Positions 11,400-22,040 of a stretch of DNA of 64,000 bases are shown here, piece after piece; positions within the stretch are counted from its first letter, which is position 1; the number at the start of each line of letters is the position of its first letter. Position numbers and translations under genes: made by a program. The stretch spans positions 3,348,001 through 3,412,000 of the forward strand of contig OX337230.1 in NCBI GenBank assembly GCA_946965045.2. Reading direction: 5' to 3'. Below the pieces are notes generated by a model that ran no database searches, was not told where the DNA came from, and worked only from the letters and a program-made list of their open reading frames with translations. This DNA is from Epithemia pelagica (taxonomy: Eukaryota > Protista > Bacillariophyta).

Positions 11400-11894
11400 C
11401 TACGCACCATCATCATCACCTTCATCGTCCAACTCTCCAGAATCGAGACCATTGGCCATGGCGGATGGACGCAAGGTCAGTTTGGGAAGATTGCTCATGA
11501 CGCTACTGGCATCCAAGTAGTCACTAGCCATTTGGGCACATTGCGTGGACAACGCCGCCATTCCCAATCGGGTTGTAGTTCTCGATGGCAGCCGTGTCGT
11601 AAACAAAGTGTTGCTGGTTGTTGTTGTGCTGGTCGTCGTTGTCATGGACCGAGAGACGGAGGAGGCAGGGGGTGATGTCTGCGACGGTAGAAATCGGCAA
11701 GGAAGATTGGATTGTGGATGTAAGGACGACCGGATTGGAATCGACGTGATCATTCTACTTGTCGCTGTTCCGGATGACAATGACGGCATCACTGTCGTTG
11801 GTGTCGTCGTGCTACCGGCAGTCAGTCCTCGTCGTGTGGTTGGCAACAAGGAATTTGCGGCTCGCCGACTGCTACGTCCCATGGTAGAAAGCAT
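11400..11894 (-). CDS. 'DG-tail' array member E (164 aa)
   Basis: Starts MLSTMGRSSRRAANSLL; contains AALSTQCAQMASDYLD; ends GLDSGELDDEGDDDGA*. Confidence 0.75.
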   Translation of the reverse strand: MLSTMGRSSRRAANSLLPTTRRGLTAGSTTTPTTVMPSLSSGTATSRMITSIPIRSSLHPQSNLPCRFLPSQTSPPASSVSRSMTTTTSTTTTSNTLFTTRLPSRTTTRLGMAALSTQCAQMASDYLDASSVMSNLPKLTLRPSAMANGLDSGELDDEGDDDGA

Positions 11895-12479
11895 GATGAA
11901 TCGATTTCAAGCGAAGAAGAACTGCGACAAAATACAAGGTCAATGGGGTATTTGCCTCACTGCAAATGTTTGGTACCCGTATGGCAACGAAAAGAGAAAA
12001 GATTGGTCCTTCCTCCTCGGTTTCGTCTTTATGCCACCCAAAGATCTCTTTTGGCCGTTTCTGTGAGTGGTTGGGGACTATCTTTTGAAAGCGACCAATA
12101 TGCGATATGTAAAATATGGTGAAGAGCGTCGGGAATGGCTTTGTTTTGTCGATCTCTCGACCTCCTGATGGGCAAGTCATACTACTTGGCAGTTCCAATT
12201 TCCCTTCCGAATAAAAGGGATTCTATTTGAAAGTAAGATTATTGCTATGGCATCGTTGAACTGGTGTGCAATAGACTCGCACCATTCGGGAACTACATGT
12301 CCACGGGATAAGATCCCTATCAAGTAGAAAGCTCAACTGTAAATTCCCTGCCACGGCTTGGAAGTCGTCAACTGACTCAAAAGATCCATTCCAACGACAT
12401 TAACATGATGGATATGGCTGGTCTTAGGAGACAAATATGCGACAGACTCCATCCCAGAAGAAGAGAAGCAAAATGTCAA

Positions 12480-12550
12480 CCATGCACTGGGCATGCCAGC
12501 AATCTTCCTTCACCATGTACTGGGCACGCCAGCAATCTTCCTTCACCATG
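12480..12550. repeat. 33-bp tandem duplication (2 copies plus a 5-bp partial)
   Basis: ccatgcactgggcatgccagcaatcttccttca / ccatgtactgggcacgccagcaatcttccttca / ccatg, downstream of member F. Confidence 0.85.
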
Positions 12551-12664
12551 CCTAACATCACAGCAGTACTATCCGTAGGCCAGGAGAAACAGTGGATCGA
12601 TAAAACCATACGTGTACGTGGTCGACCGGTTTTCATATTTTCAATACAACGTACACCAGACCGG

Positions 12665-13201
12665 CTACCTTCCCTCCTCGTCGCTATCCTCCTCCATATC
12701 TCCCGCGTCCAGACCATTGTCCATGCCTGGACACCGTAACGTCACTTTCTGAATATTGTTTCGGACAGTGCTCAGGTCAAAGTAGTCACGAGCCATCTGG
12801 GCGCATTGTGTCGATAAAGCAGCCCTTCCTATACGGAATGTGCTCTTCATGCTCGATGATAATCTCAATGTCGAATGTATGTTGTTTGTGGTAGCAGATG
12901 CTGTCCCAGAATGACAATGTGATGACAACTGTGAAGAATTCAACTGAAGATGAAATCGACAAACAGACTTGCTGGATGAAGGCACCGACGACGTTGATCT
13001 GACCAACGAAGGCAGATGGCTGCTTTTTCTGTTTATTCTTGTTGATGAGACTGTTACTTTCCTCGCCAAGAGCAATGTATTTGGAACCGATGCCGTCGCC
13101 GCCGTTCTCGTAGGCGGCCTTGTCGGTGGTGCCGTCGCCGTGGGTGGTCGAAATAACGAGCAGGCGGCACGTCGACCGCTTCTTGTCGTGTTTGACAACA
13201 T
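12665..13201 (-). CDS. 'DG-tail' array member F (178 aa)
   Basis: Starts MLSNTTRSGRRAACSLF; contains AALSTQCAQMARDYFD (shared with E); ends GLDAGDMEEDSDEEGR*. Confidence 0.75.
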   Translation of the reverse strand: MLSNTTRSGRRAACSLFRPPTATAPPTRPPTRTAATASVPNTLLLARKVTVSSTRINRKSSHLPSLVRSTSSVPSSSKSVCRFHLQLNSSQLSSHCHSGTASATTNNIHSTLRLSSSMKSTFRIGRAALSTQCAQMARDYFDLSTVRNNIQKVTLRCPGMDNGLDAGDMEEDSDEEGR

Positions 13202-13594
13202 TCTTCTGATTTCAAAACCGTGTTGCAGGGAAGCGTATTGTCTCTGAATTAAAGCATCTATCCTTCTGGAGGCTATGATTACGGATCACGTCGTCGTGCG
13301 TGTTCCAATGATGTGTGGTTTTGTGGTCGGTGTCATACTTTTAAAAGCGACCACAAAAGATAAAGTGACGAGTGACCCACAAAGGCTCCAATTGCATTGC
13401 CATCGTAACCCATGTCCTTTGTTTTGTGTGTAAAAGGTTCCACAAGACCATCACGGTTTTCTCCCAAAAAACAGACATCGATGAGTTTTACATAATAATG
13501 AGAGTGTTATCGGTTACAAGTTACAAACCAACTTTCGAAGTCGTGTTCCTGTTTAGTCTTTAGTACATGGACGCTTCTCAGCGTCCACTACGTA

Positions 13595-14197
13595 CTACCG
13601 TCCATCCTCATCATCTTCGTCCTCCATGTCTAAACCATCTCCAACACAAAATACCAATGATGAGGTTGGAAGAACTGTGGTTCCTTCTATCAACATTGGA
13701 TTGGAGGCTGATGGGAGCACGGAGCAGGAACTTGAGCCAACAGCCAACGACATTTGTCGATGACACACATTTCCCACAAGAAATGAGGTACTGGATTCTA
13801 CCATCACATCTGAGGACGCTTGATGAGTACGTTTCCTTGAGGAATACGGAAAAGAACGAGCTAACGACGATGATGAAACCATGGTGGTCGACCTTCCTTC
13901 ATTCGACACTGCAATATGTAAGTTCGAACCAATGGTCGCTTTCGATGTATGATTCTTTTGTTTGATTCCGTTGAGAAGATTTCTTGTTGCATCAATTGTC
14001 CCAACAGAGAACACCCCACGAGCCACCGTGGTTTCATGTGACGAAACCGAGCCGTACATTGTTCTTGTGGACAGGGACCCCATGACAGCTTTATTTCTAT
14101 TGATTGCACTCTGCGTTTTCGATGTTTGGCCTTGAAAGGCTTGAAGGGGACGAGTGAGCCCTTGCATGGCATTGCGGCCGTTCCATGAAACAACCAT
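13595..14197 (-). CDS. 'DG-tail' array member G (200 aa)
   Basis: Probable start accATGG at 14197 (MVVSWNGRNA), shared with H and I; ends VGDGLDMEDEDDEDGR*. Confidence 0.75.
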   Translation of the reverse strand: MVVSWNGRNAMQGLTRPLQAFQGQTSKTQSAINRNKAVMGSLSTRTMYGSVSSHETTVARGVFSVGTIDATRNLLNGIKQKNHTSKATIGSNLHIAVSNEGRSTTMVSSSSLARSFPYSSRKRTHQASSDVMVESSTSFLVGNVCHRQMSLAVGSSSCSVLPSASNPMLIEGTTVLPTSSLVFCVGDGLDMEDEDDEDGR

Positions 14198-14522
14198 GGT
14201 GGACTTACGCCGCGTATTTTGTTCTCGATCTGATGCCATGGCGCAGAAATCGAAATCTTTGAGTCTGTCTGTCACCAGTCCATCCATCGTTTTATGGAGA
14301 GCGATGACTGTCTTACACGCGTAACCATTTGGAGTGACGAAACAAATTCGTCTCTCTGAGAGCAACGATGGTTGCTTCTAAAGACCTCCAAATGCACGAA
14401 GATATTAACACTGTGCTTAGAAGACACTGGTTTCTATGGCAGCTCCTGGTTCAGGATACATCCATTCGCCCAGTCCCTCAATCTTCTTAGTAGACGCCGA
14501 AACTTATCGGCTTAAACTCGTG

Positions 14523-15164
14523 CTATCTTCCATCCTCGTCATCTTCTTCATCCATATCCAAACCATCTCCAACTATAAATGTCACTGAAGAGCTAGGAAG
14601 ATCTGTTGAACCTTGTACCACCACTGGAATGGTGGCTGGATATGTAGTCGGTGCCGGGGCCGGACACAGGGATGACAAGGTCACTCCACTCGACATTCGT
14701 CGATGTTGCATTGCACTCATTTTCCCAGCATTGTGAAGAAAACAATCTTCATTCGAAGCTGAGGTTCTCTGTAAAACCGTTCTTCTTGACGAGCATGATG
14801 ACGAACAGTGATCGCGTTGAGAAGATGGTGGAGACAACGTCATCCCTCCTTCATCCGACACTCCATTTGACAGGCTATGTCCACTCATAGAATGTATCAT
14901 CTGAGAACCTCGTGTGAATCCCTTGCCTCGAGTGTGTGTTGTATCTCTTGTATCTCGAAAGAGCATCGCATGAGGTTGAGCGTCGGAGTGAAGCGAAGCC
15001 AGTGCGTCCCGCGTTGTGGAGAAACAGCGAGTGTCAACTCGCTTTCGGTTCAATGCTTTTTGGGAATTCACTGATGTTTTCGAAGGACGAAAAGGGCCAC
15101 CACAGGTACGGGCCAACCTTTGCCCGGCACCACGGCTAAGGTTACTCGTCATTGAGACCACCAT
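14523..15164 (-). CDS. 'DG-tail' array member H (213 aa)
   Basis: Starts MVVSMTSNLSRGAGQRLAR; ends VGDGLDMDEEDDEDGR*. Confidence 0.75.
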   Translation of the reverse strand: MVVSMTSNLSRGAGQRLARTCGGPFRPSKTSVNSQKALNRKRVDTRCFSTTRDALASLHSDAQPHAMLFRDTRDTTHTRGKGFTRGSQMIHSMSGHSLSNGVSDEGGMTLSPPSSQRDHCSSSCSSRRTVLQRTSASNEDCFLHNAGKMSAMQHRRMSSGVTLSSLCPAPAPTTYPATIPVVVQGSTDLPSSSVTFIVGDGLDMDEEDDEDGR

Positions 15165-15524
15165 GGTCCGAATTCCGAATGTGATAGGAGTAGATATGAA
15201 ATATGAATATGAATAAGCGGACGATCTTTGCGTCTGTCTGTCACTGCGGCGAGATAGAGACTATGTGCTCCCATAGAAATTCATCCCCATAGCTAATGGG
15301 GTGTGGTTTTGCTGTGACAAAGATAGGGAAGACGATAGACGATAGGAGTAGAAGTTATGAACTGCACTATGTTCCAACACAGACAACGGGTCCCTGAACA
15401 ACAGAATATGAATACCTGAGGGACGTAGCGCAACTGCGGCCTGGATCTAAATCATCCGGTACTCCGAAACTGGGTATCTACAGAGGACAACACTCGACGG
15501 ACGTATAAATACGTCCAACCAATG

Positions 15525-16130
15525 CTAGTTTCCATCCTCATCATCTTCTCCTTCAATATCCAGACTATCTCCGACACCAGCTGGTGTTGAAGAGGAGCTT
15601 GGAAGAATTGAGGCGACCTGTGACACTACTGGATTGACGTCTGGATGGGAAGTCGGTGCAGACCCTTGAGGCATGGAAGGTGATGATCCCAAACAGGAAA
15701 TTTGCCGACTTGTCGTACACCTCTCGAGGGGATGAGAGGGTAGCATGGAATCCATCATGATGCCTGTGGAGACCTGGTTGTTCCTTCTTCTTGTCGAGCA
15801 CGAAGAAAAGCTTGCATGCTGCGAAGATGAAGAAGCCATGTTTGTCAATCTTCCTTCAATTGATATTCCAAAACTTGATCTGTTTCCACCAATGGTGTGA
15901 TTTGTGGTAATTTGATCCCTTTCCATGATGCGATTTCTGGTTGTATCAATGTTGACAGCTGTAATGGGCAGTCCATTTGGTTTGACGTTGGAGTGATGCG
16001 ACGCGAGCGCATACATTCTTGCCGACATAGATCCAACAACATTTCTTTTCCTTTCAAAGGCACTAGAGTGACCTCCATTGGGACAGGCCAACTTTTGAAC
16101 GGCTCTTCGGCCGCTCCAAGAAACCACCAT
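15525..16130 (-). CDS. 'DG-tail' array member I (201 aa)
   Basis: Probable start at 16130 (MVVSWSGRRAVQKL); ends VGDSLDIEGEDDEDGN*. Confidence 0.75.
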   Translation of the reverse strand: MVVSWSGRRAVQKLACPNGGHSSAFERKRNVVGSMSARMYALASHHSNVKPNGLPITAVNIDTTRNRIMERDQITTNHTIGGNRSSFGISIEGRLTNMASSSSQHASFSSCSTRRRNNQVSTGIMMDSMLPSHPLERCTTSRQISCLGSSPSMPQGSAPTSHPDVNPVVSQVASILPSSSSTPAGVGDSLDIEGEDDEDGN

Positions 16131-16836
16131 GGCGCATCCGAAAAATGTCTCCAGAGAACAAAACATCCCATCCATCGAAATCTTCTAGTCTGTCTGTCTG
16201 CCGCTTCGGCTAGCAGGCCTATCTGCCGTGGCAGCTTCGTCGTATCTAGGAGTACTCCTATCATCAAAAAGGTCTTCGAGCTTCGAGTTGCAGTCCTCTA
16301 TGGGAGAAAGTGTGTTAAGAAAAATCTCTCCCAACAACGAATGTGTATCTTTCGTCTTTCAACACGTATCAAGGCGACCATGAACCAAAGAACAAACAAT
16401 TGTTCTTACTTTTTGGCTAGATCGTCTCGTCCGACTACCAAACCAAGTCACGATGTCAGTGATAGCGAGAAGACGGACCAAGAGCCGAGTATTGCACAAA
16501 TATGAGAAAGCTCTAATGATAGGTATATCTAGAACGAGCATGAAGCTGTATGCGTCACAATGAGCTTAATCCTGTTGGCCTATGTACTGTTCAACCGATT
16601 GGTCTTGGTGACTCAACCTTTCATCTTTGCTAGCGATCTGACAAGATGAAAACACCACAAAGAATATATCCACAAGTCACAAAGAAGTAAAGTGTGTGAG
16701 TCGTTGTCTTGCAAGTTCTTTTCACGGTTGAGGAAACATCTTGACAGCACACTTCACCGCATTGCTTTTTCCCCGGGAACGCATCGCAGTGTGATCCTGT
16801 CATTTACGATAGAGCCATACTTACGTACAGATTCTG

Positions 16837-17337
16837 CTACATACCATCATCGTCCTCTTCTCCATCGCCATCCGCAGCGCAGTCCAGTGCATGTGGTCGG
16901 AGAAGGTGCAGAATCTTGGGCAAACTTGGTGTGTAGGTTGGTTCATGACAATCCCATGCCACTTGGGCGGTATGAGCAATCATTCCAATGGTATTCTTGC
17001 TGTACTGCCGTCGTTGTTGTTGCTGTTGTTGATTTTGCTGAAACAGTCCCCGACGACTTGCGTTGTGGTTGTTGTTGGACGAAAGACTGTGCGTCGTTCG
17101 GCATGTACTTGTCGACGTTGTAGATGTGGACGGTACGGACTGTGTTCGCGTCGTCGGCGCCAGCAGGGGGCACCGAATCGAATTTGTTCTGACTTGACCT
17201 ACATGAAGGTGACTTTGGCCAGTCGTCTTCAATGACGATGATAGTGACGCCGAATTCTTTGTTCCTGTTCGGGCGGACAGCGATTTCGACCAACACGAGA
17301 AGGCCATTCTCTGGCATCGACCAGCGGCGGACGCCAT
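16837..17337 (-). CDS. 'DG-tail' array member J (166 aa)
   Basis: Starts MASAAGRCQRMAFSCWSKSLSAR; 'TAQVAWD' resembles E/F 'CAQMA.D'; ends ALDCAADGDGEEDDDGM*. Confidence 0.7.
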   Translation of the reverse strand: MASAAGRCQRMAFSCWSKSLSARTGTKNSASLSSSLKTTGQSHLHVGQVRTNSIRCPLLAPTTRTQSVPSTSTTSTSTCRTTHSLSSNNNHNASRRGLFQQNQQQQQQRRQYSKNTIGMIAHTAQVAWDCHEPTYTPSLPKILHLLRPHALDCAADGDGEEDDDGM

Positions 17338-17548
17338 GCTTCACGCCAAACACCAGCAACGCAACAGACGGGGACAGTCCACCAAGACAAAGATGGCGTA
17401 GGGGGTTGTCAGAACGGACGGTGGCGATCCAAAGAAGGCAGCGCCATTGATGGACGGATGCGGCAGCGTCTGGCCGTCGCTCATATTCCGCCAGAAATTC
17501 GCGATCAATCCGCGATGGATCTTTTTAGCCAACCATCACACACAAATA

Positions 17549-18727
17549 ATGGAGGTGGCCCTATCGACATCATCAGAGTATGAGAATGAGATGCTATCGT
17601 TGCAGCAACTGTTCGGGGACATTGAGAGTGACAGTGACGATGCCAGTGAAAGAGGATTGGTTATCACTGCGGAAACGGAGCCAAATCACAGTGCCGTCTC
17701 AAACTCAACGACTACAAGCGATCAAGAATCCAATGATTTTCCGGTACCCTCCTATTACATGAAAGCGATTCTGGCCGGTCTCTACGAAATCCCATCCGAT
17801 CATATTCTCCGTCATCAAACTGGTTGGGGACGCAAAATTCGATATGATCACGTTTGTCGATTGGCGTCATCCTTTCCTTGCATCGCGATATGGACCGTTG
17901 GTGACGAGAACTCGTCGTCGACAACAAGTACGACATTGCGGATTGATTTACATCAAGAAATTCTCTGTCGGCACCAAAACTTTGACCCCGGCACAGAATT
18001 GTCTCAGGAAATGGCAGAGTTTGCCATTTACCGTGCCCGGATCAGTGACGTTACCTCATTGAACCAGCGACTGACTCGCATAGCCATTCAAGATGAACAG
18101 CAACAGCCTTCCTCCTTGAATGTGAGCAATGCTGGTGGAGGTTGGCACGGACCACCGCATTTCTTTAATTCGTCTTGTGAAGATGATGCTCAATTCACAC
18201 TATGGACACTCGTCAAGCAGGTGATACAGGCGATTGAAGCACGACAAGAACCTGTCCATGAATTGAACTTGTCTCAAGAAAATGTGGAGGCATGGATAAA
18301 TATATCTCGTCATGAAGCATGGAATCGTCTTCATACGCATCAAGGAAGTGCTTGGAGCGGTGTTTACTACGTCCAGCGTCCATCTTCCTCTACAGCAACG
18401 AGTGGCCGGTTGGTTCTGAAACCAACGGCGCATCCTGTGGAAGACGCCCAATATTCCTTATCGCTGCGTGAACAAGAACGGCTTCGTAACGTGCAGTCAT
18501 GCCTGGATGGTAGTTCGAAGGGCACTGTTCCCATGCATAAGGACACGGCCGCGTTTTTGGATATTGAACCGGAACCGGGAGATATGATTGTGTTTCCTAG
18601 CTGGTTGCATCATTGTGTGCTACCATCCATATGCCGTGGTGGAGGAACGACGGAACAAGATGGTAATGAGGTAAAGGCACGAATATCGATCGCTTTCAAC
18701 ATCAACTGGAAAGAACAAGATTCTTAA
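17549..18727 (+). CDS. 2OG-Fe(II) oxygenase (2OG-FeII_Oxy_5-like)
   Basis: ORF 17447..18727. Motifs AWINIS...WNRLHTH (HxH), WSGVYYV, PGDMIVFPSWLHHCV and RISIAFNI are typical of this double-stranded beta-helix family. Confidence 0.85.
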   Translation: MEVALSTSSEYENEMLSLQQLFGDIESDSDDASERGLVITAETEPNHSAVSNSTTTSDQESNDFPVPSYYMKAILAGLYEIPSDHILRHQTGWGRKIRYDHVCRLASSFPCIAIWTVGDENSSSTTSTTLRIDLHQEILCRHQNFDPGTELSQEMAEFAIYRARISDVTSLNQRLTRIAIQDEQQQPSSLNVSNAGGGWHGPPHFFNSSCEDDAQFTLWTLVKQVIQAIEARQEPVHELNLSQENVEAWINISRHEAWNRLHTHQGSAWSGVYYVQRPSSSTATSGRLVLKPTAHPVEDAQYSLSLREQERLRNVQSCLDGSSKGTVPMHKDTAAFLDIEPEPGDMIVFPSWLHHCVLPSICRGGGTTEQDGNEVKARISIAFNINWKEQDS

Positions 18728-19480
18728 ATTGATGTATGTTGGGATAAGTGGATGCTGATCAAAGCCATTCGTGAACAACTGCTTTGATTGTCGCCATCGT
18801 AAGTTGATACGACGAAATTCATTGTAAGCAAACATTGCATAGTCAAGATCTATGGAATCGAAGTGTGGTATGTTTACCGACACAGTACTGTCGAAGTCCC
18901 GAAATGATGGAAACACGAAACAAGATACCCTTGACATTTCCCTTGTTTGGGGTCGAATCCCTTTCGCGGTACGGATCTTTGCGAAACCAGACGTGTCACG
19001 TCTCACTCTCGTCATGGACTTTAGGCCTGAGCAGCCATTGCTTTTGTCGACGTTGAGATTGTGTGTGTGTGTTCGCATCGAGGGACGAAATCCAAAAAGG
19101 GTCGTCGTCGTCCTAGTCTGGATTTTATTGTAGATTTTACCATGGGCAATTTTGATCATATTGTACGCGTACTTAGGAGAGCCAGTGGAATGCCGATTAT
19201 TGCCAGGTGGAGTTGACGCGATCAAAGCGCGGGGTCCCGTTTGGGGATCGCCGTGACTCCAACGTAGAAAATATACTGCTCTCTACACAATCATTTATAT
19301 AGTGTATGTGAGTGTATGTAATTGTTGCCTTGATTGGATGATGCTCCCCCAACATGGCAGGCGGCTAGAATAAAGATTTCGACTCTTAGAAATTTTATCG
19401 GGTAACACTTTCGCGCACGCGCTTCTCCAGATTCCTCGAAGTACTTCTTATTCTATAGTCTTTCCTCATTTGTTCGTGTG

Positions 19481-19558
19481 GTCCAAGTGAGCGTCGAGAA
19501 TCGCTGTCTTTGCGTGACTGTCGTCCAAGTGAGCGTGGAGAATCGCTATCTTTGCGTG
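19481..19558. repeat. 42-bp-period tandem duplication upstream of the TIR gene
   Basis: gtccaagtgagcgtcgagaatcgctgtctttgcgtg (19481) and gtccaagtgagcgtggagaatcgctatctttgcgtg (19523). Confidence 0.85.
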
Positions 19559-19617
19559 TGACTTTATAAGAGCAGTCTGTGTCAGTAGGCCAAGGGCCCT
19601 AGTGATGATGAAAGAGA

Positions 19618-20802
19618 TTGGATGAGGTGCAATCTTACACTCTCCAAGCCATTGTCATAAAATCAAACTGTACGTCGACAATGACTATCATCCGGAACTT
19701 TCGAGATGAATACGAAAGGAAAGACTTTCAGGACGGTCTCCATCGCATTTACGCTGACGTTGAAAAAGAAGCTGGTTTAGAAGCGTGGGCTGTCAAGGTA
19801 CTGCTCACACATCGAAATGACCCACAGAACGCCCATGTTGCGAACATTCTCACTGATATAAATAAGTGCATCTCGTTGTTGTGTGGTATTGTGAGAACAT
19901 GGGAACATGCTTTGGATCCTGATTTCATTGAGCAAGAAATCCACGAAATCTTTGAACCGTGGCGATTGAAAAGATTGATGGTAGTATGTTGTGCGATGAA
20001 CCAAGTACGGTTGCACCGCAATATGTGTGTTCCCATCTGTTGCTTTTGCAACAGGAAAAGTTTTAGAACGTTGGTTCCCAATGGTCGAGAAGTATCTCAG
20101 TGTGAGGAACAGGATCCACTGACCACCACATGGTACAATCCAATCGAAACGGCCGACGTTCAGCACTGTCTCCTCCGACTGCTTAGAACAAAGCGTTTTT
20201 GTCTTCTAGAGGACAAGAATCTGGAGCGCTGGTTCCCACACATAACAGAACGACAAACTCAAGGAGATCTCCAAAACGCAATGCCTCTCAGTGCTTCTGC
20301 GAATGTAGGTTCGCCTAGACGATCCCAAAGTATCCAGCGCATTTCAAGTATTCTTAGTGTACGGTGGAGCCGACACTTTCCCAAGGTGAAAGACAATCTG
20401 GTCTTTCTGTGCCACACAGGTGCCAACAAGGAACTTGTTCGTGAGGTCAATCGCCGCTTGAGACTGAATCTTGGCGTACCCACGTTTTTCGATGAGCAAG
20501 CAGTAGAACCGGGAAACACCATCTCCGAAAAAGTGTATCAAGGTATTGTGAATGCAAGTGTGGTGGTCTTCTTTTTCAGTCACCCGTTCTTTAACAAGAA
20601 GTGGCCACCAGCGGAGCTTCAAGAGTTTCTCGACCGTCGCAACCAAGGCGACTGCATCTCTTTCCTTCCAATCGTGATTGACATGACCCGTGAAGAATTT
20701 GAAGCCAAGGCACCTCGTGCTCCTCCATCTTTTGTCGCCATGTCAAAGGTGAGGACGTTTTCCTTGTGGAGAAAGTCGTCCGTTGGGTGGAGCAAACCTT
20801 GA
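19618..20802 (+). CDS. TIR-domain (TIR_2-like) protein
   Basis: C-terminal region reads VFLCHTGANKELVREV...LGVPTFFDE..VEPGNTISEKVYQGIVNASVVVFFFSHPFFNKKWPPAELQEF...FLPIVID. First ATG is at 19681. A possible intron starts at AAG|gtgagg near 20750, so the 3' end is uncertain. Confidence 0.8.
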   Translation: MDEVQSYTLQAIVIKSNCTSTMTIIRNFRDEYERKDFQDGLHRIYADVEKEAGLEAWAVKVLLTHRNDPQNAHVANILTDINKCISLLCGIVRTWEHALDPDFIEQEIHEIFEPWRLKRLMVVCCAMNQVRLHRNMCVPICCFCNRKSFRTLVPNGREVSQCEEQDPLTTTWYNPIETADVQHCLLRLLRTKRFCLLEDKNLERWFPHITERQTQGDLQNAMPLSASANVGSPRRSQSIQRISSILSVRWSRHFPKVKDNLVFLCHTGANKELVREVNRRLRLNLGVPTFFDEQAVEPGNTISEKVYQGIVNASVVVFFFSHPFFNKKWPPAELQEFLDRRNQGDCISFLPIVIDMTREEFEAKAPRAPPSFVAMSKVRTFSLWRKSSVGWSKP

Positions 20803-22040
20803 AAAAGTAGCAGACGTGTCACTTGTTACCAGCCTTGAAACGCTCTCAAGAAAGCAGTAACAAAGAGTGATTTGTCATCCTTGACTATGCCTTCGTCATA
20901 CCATTGTTTTGATGTCCTGAATGTGGATTGAAAACATGACCGTCCTTCTTCATAGCTTCCTCGTTTCGCAACACTGCGCTGAAGGGAAAAGTCAGTTCAT
21001 ACAGGCTTCTGCATAAGTACAATTCATATGGAGATACCAGAGCAACACACCCTCCGACTCATTCAATAGAATGAATCTCATTTAGTAGTATGCTTGTTTC
21101 ATGTTACAAAGGAGGGAGCCTTTGTCTACTCGCTTTTCAGAATGGCACTCAGTCTGGGATGGTAGACGGGACCAAAATTCCATTTTTTTGGCGGGATCAA
21201 AGGCTTCCGTACAACCTATCTCTTTTAACAGTTTCATGTCAATAATAATTTAAGAACATAAACATCTCCTCCACGCTCTGGTTGTTTCCGTTTGCCTTTG
21301 GTCTACTATCGGGAAAAAAGTTACCTACTCCTAATTAAAGAGAAATCGATGTTGTCTTCGCACGGCATTCCCGTGGTTTCCATTGACATTTGACATATAG
21401 TAACACAAGACCTGTGTCGTATGATTGAGATCTTTACCTGGGGAAATGGCGCATTTCTTGTTTCACCTGTTTCTGGATGCCCAACCAGCCTTGTTTTATC
21501 GATTGGATTTTTTTCTTCTTCTACGGTCCGTCTTGATTGCTACCATACGGTGGTCCAGAATCTTCCAACTTTCTAGGTAGAATTACATTCCATCCATAAT
21601 GTCCAATTTCGTGTCAAAAACCACCCACGTGACTGTCTACCAAGGTAGTTGGTCGATTCCCATGGCTGACCCGAAGATCATCACATGTCACAATGATCTC
21701 TGTACCCTGTCTTTTGTCCGCATGATTTGAACATTTGTCTAACTAATAGGATTGTCGCTACATCTATGCATGTTTTGAATCGAACGTGATGTCGCTCGCT
21801 CCAGCCAATGGGTGGCGCGTTGGGTCGATCGGATCTTTTTGTTCTAGTTCCGAGTCTAGTTTTATTTTCATGGAGCGATACTGCAACTCGGTTGTCGATT
21901 GGAAAAGCTCCGCTCCGGAAAGCCGTATTGTAGGATCCACACACCCACATTCGGCATTTGGAGGATCGTTCCACCCCTCATAGTAATGATGGCTTTCTCT
22001 TGTGTTGTTGTTGTTTTTCTGGATTGCTTGCATGCCAGTG

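Noticed and set aside
7784-17337. Array proteins as silaffin/silacidin-type biosilica proteins
   Set aside because: They lack a hydrophobic ER signal peptide and KxxK or repeated acidic units, and acidity is confined to the last 10-15 residues.
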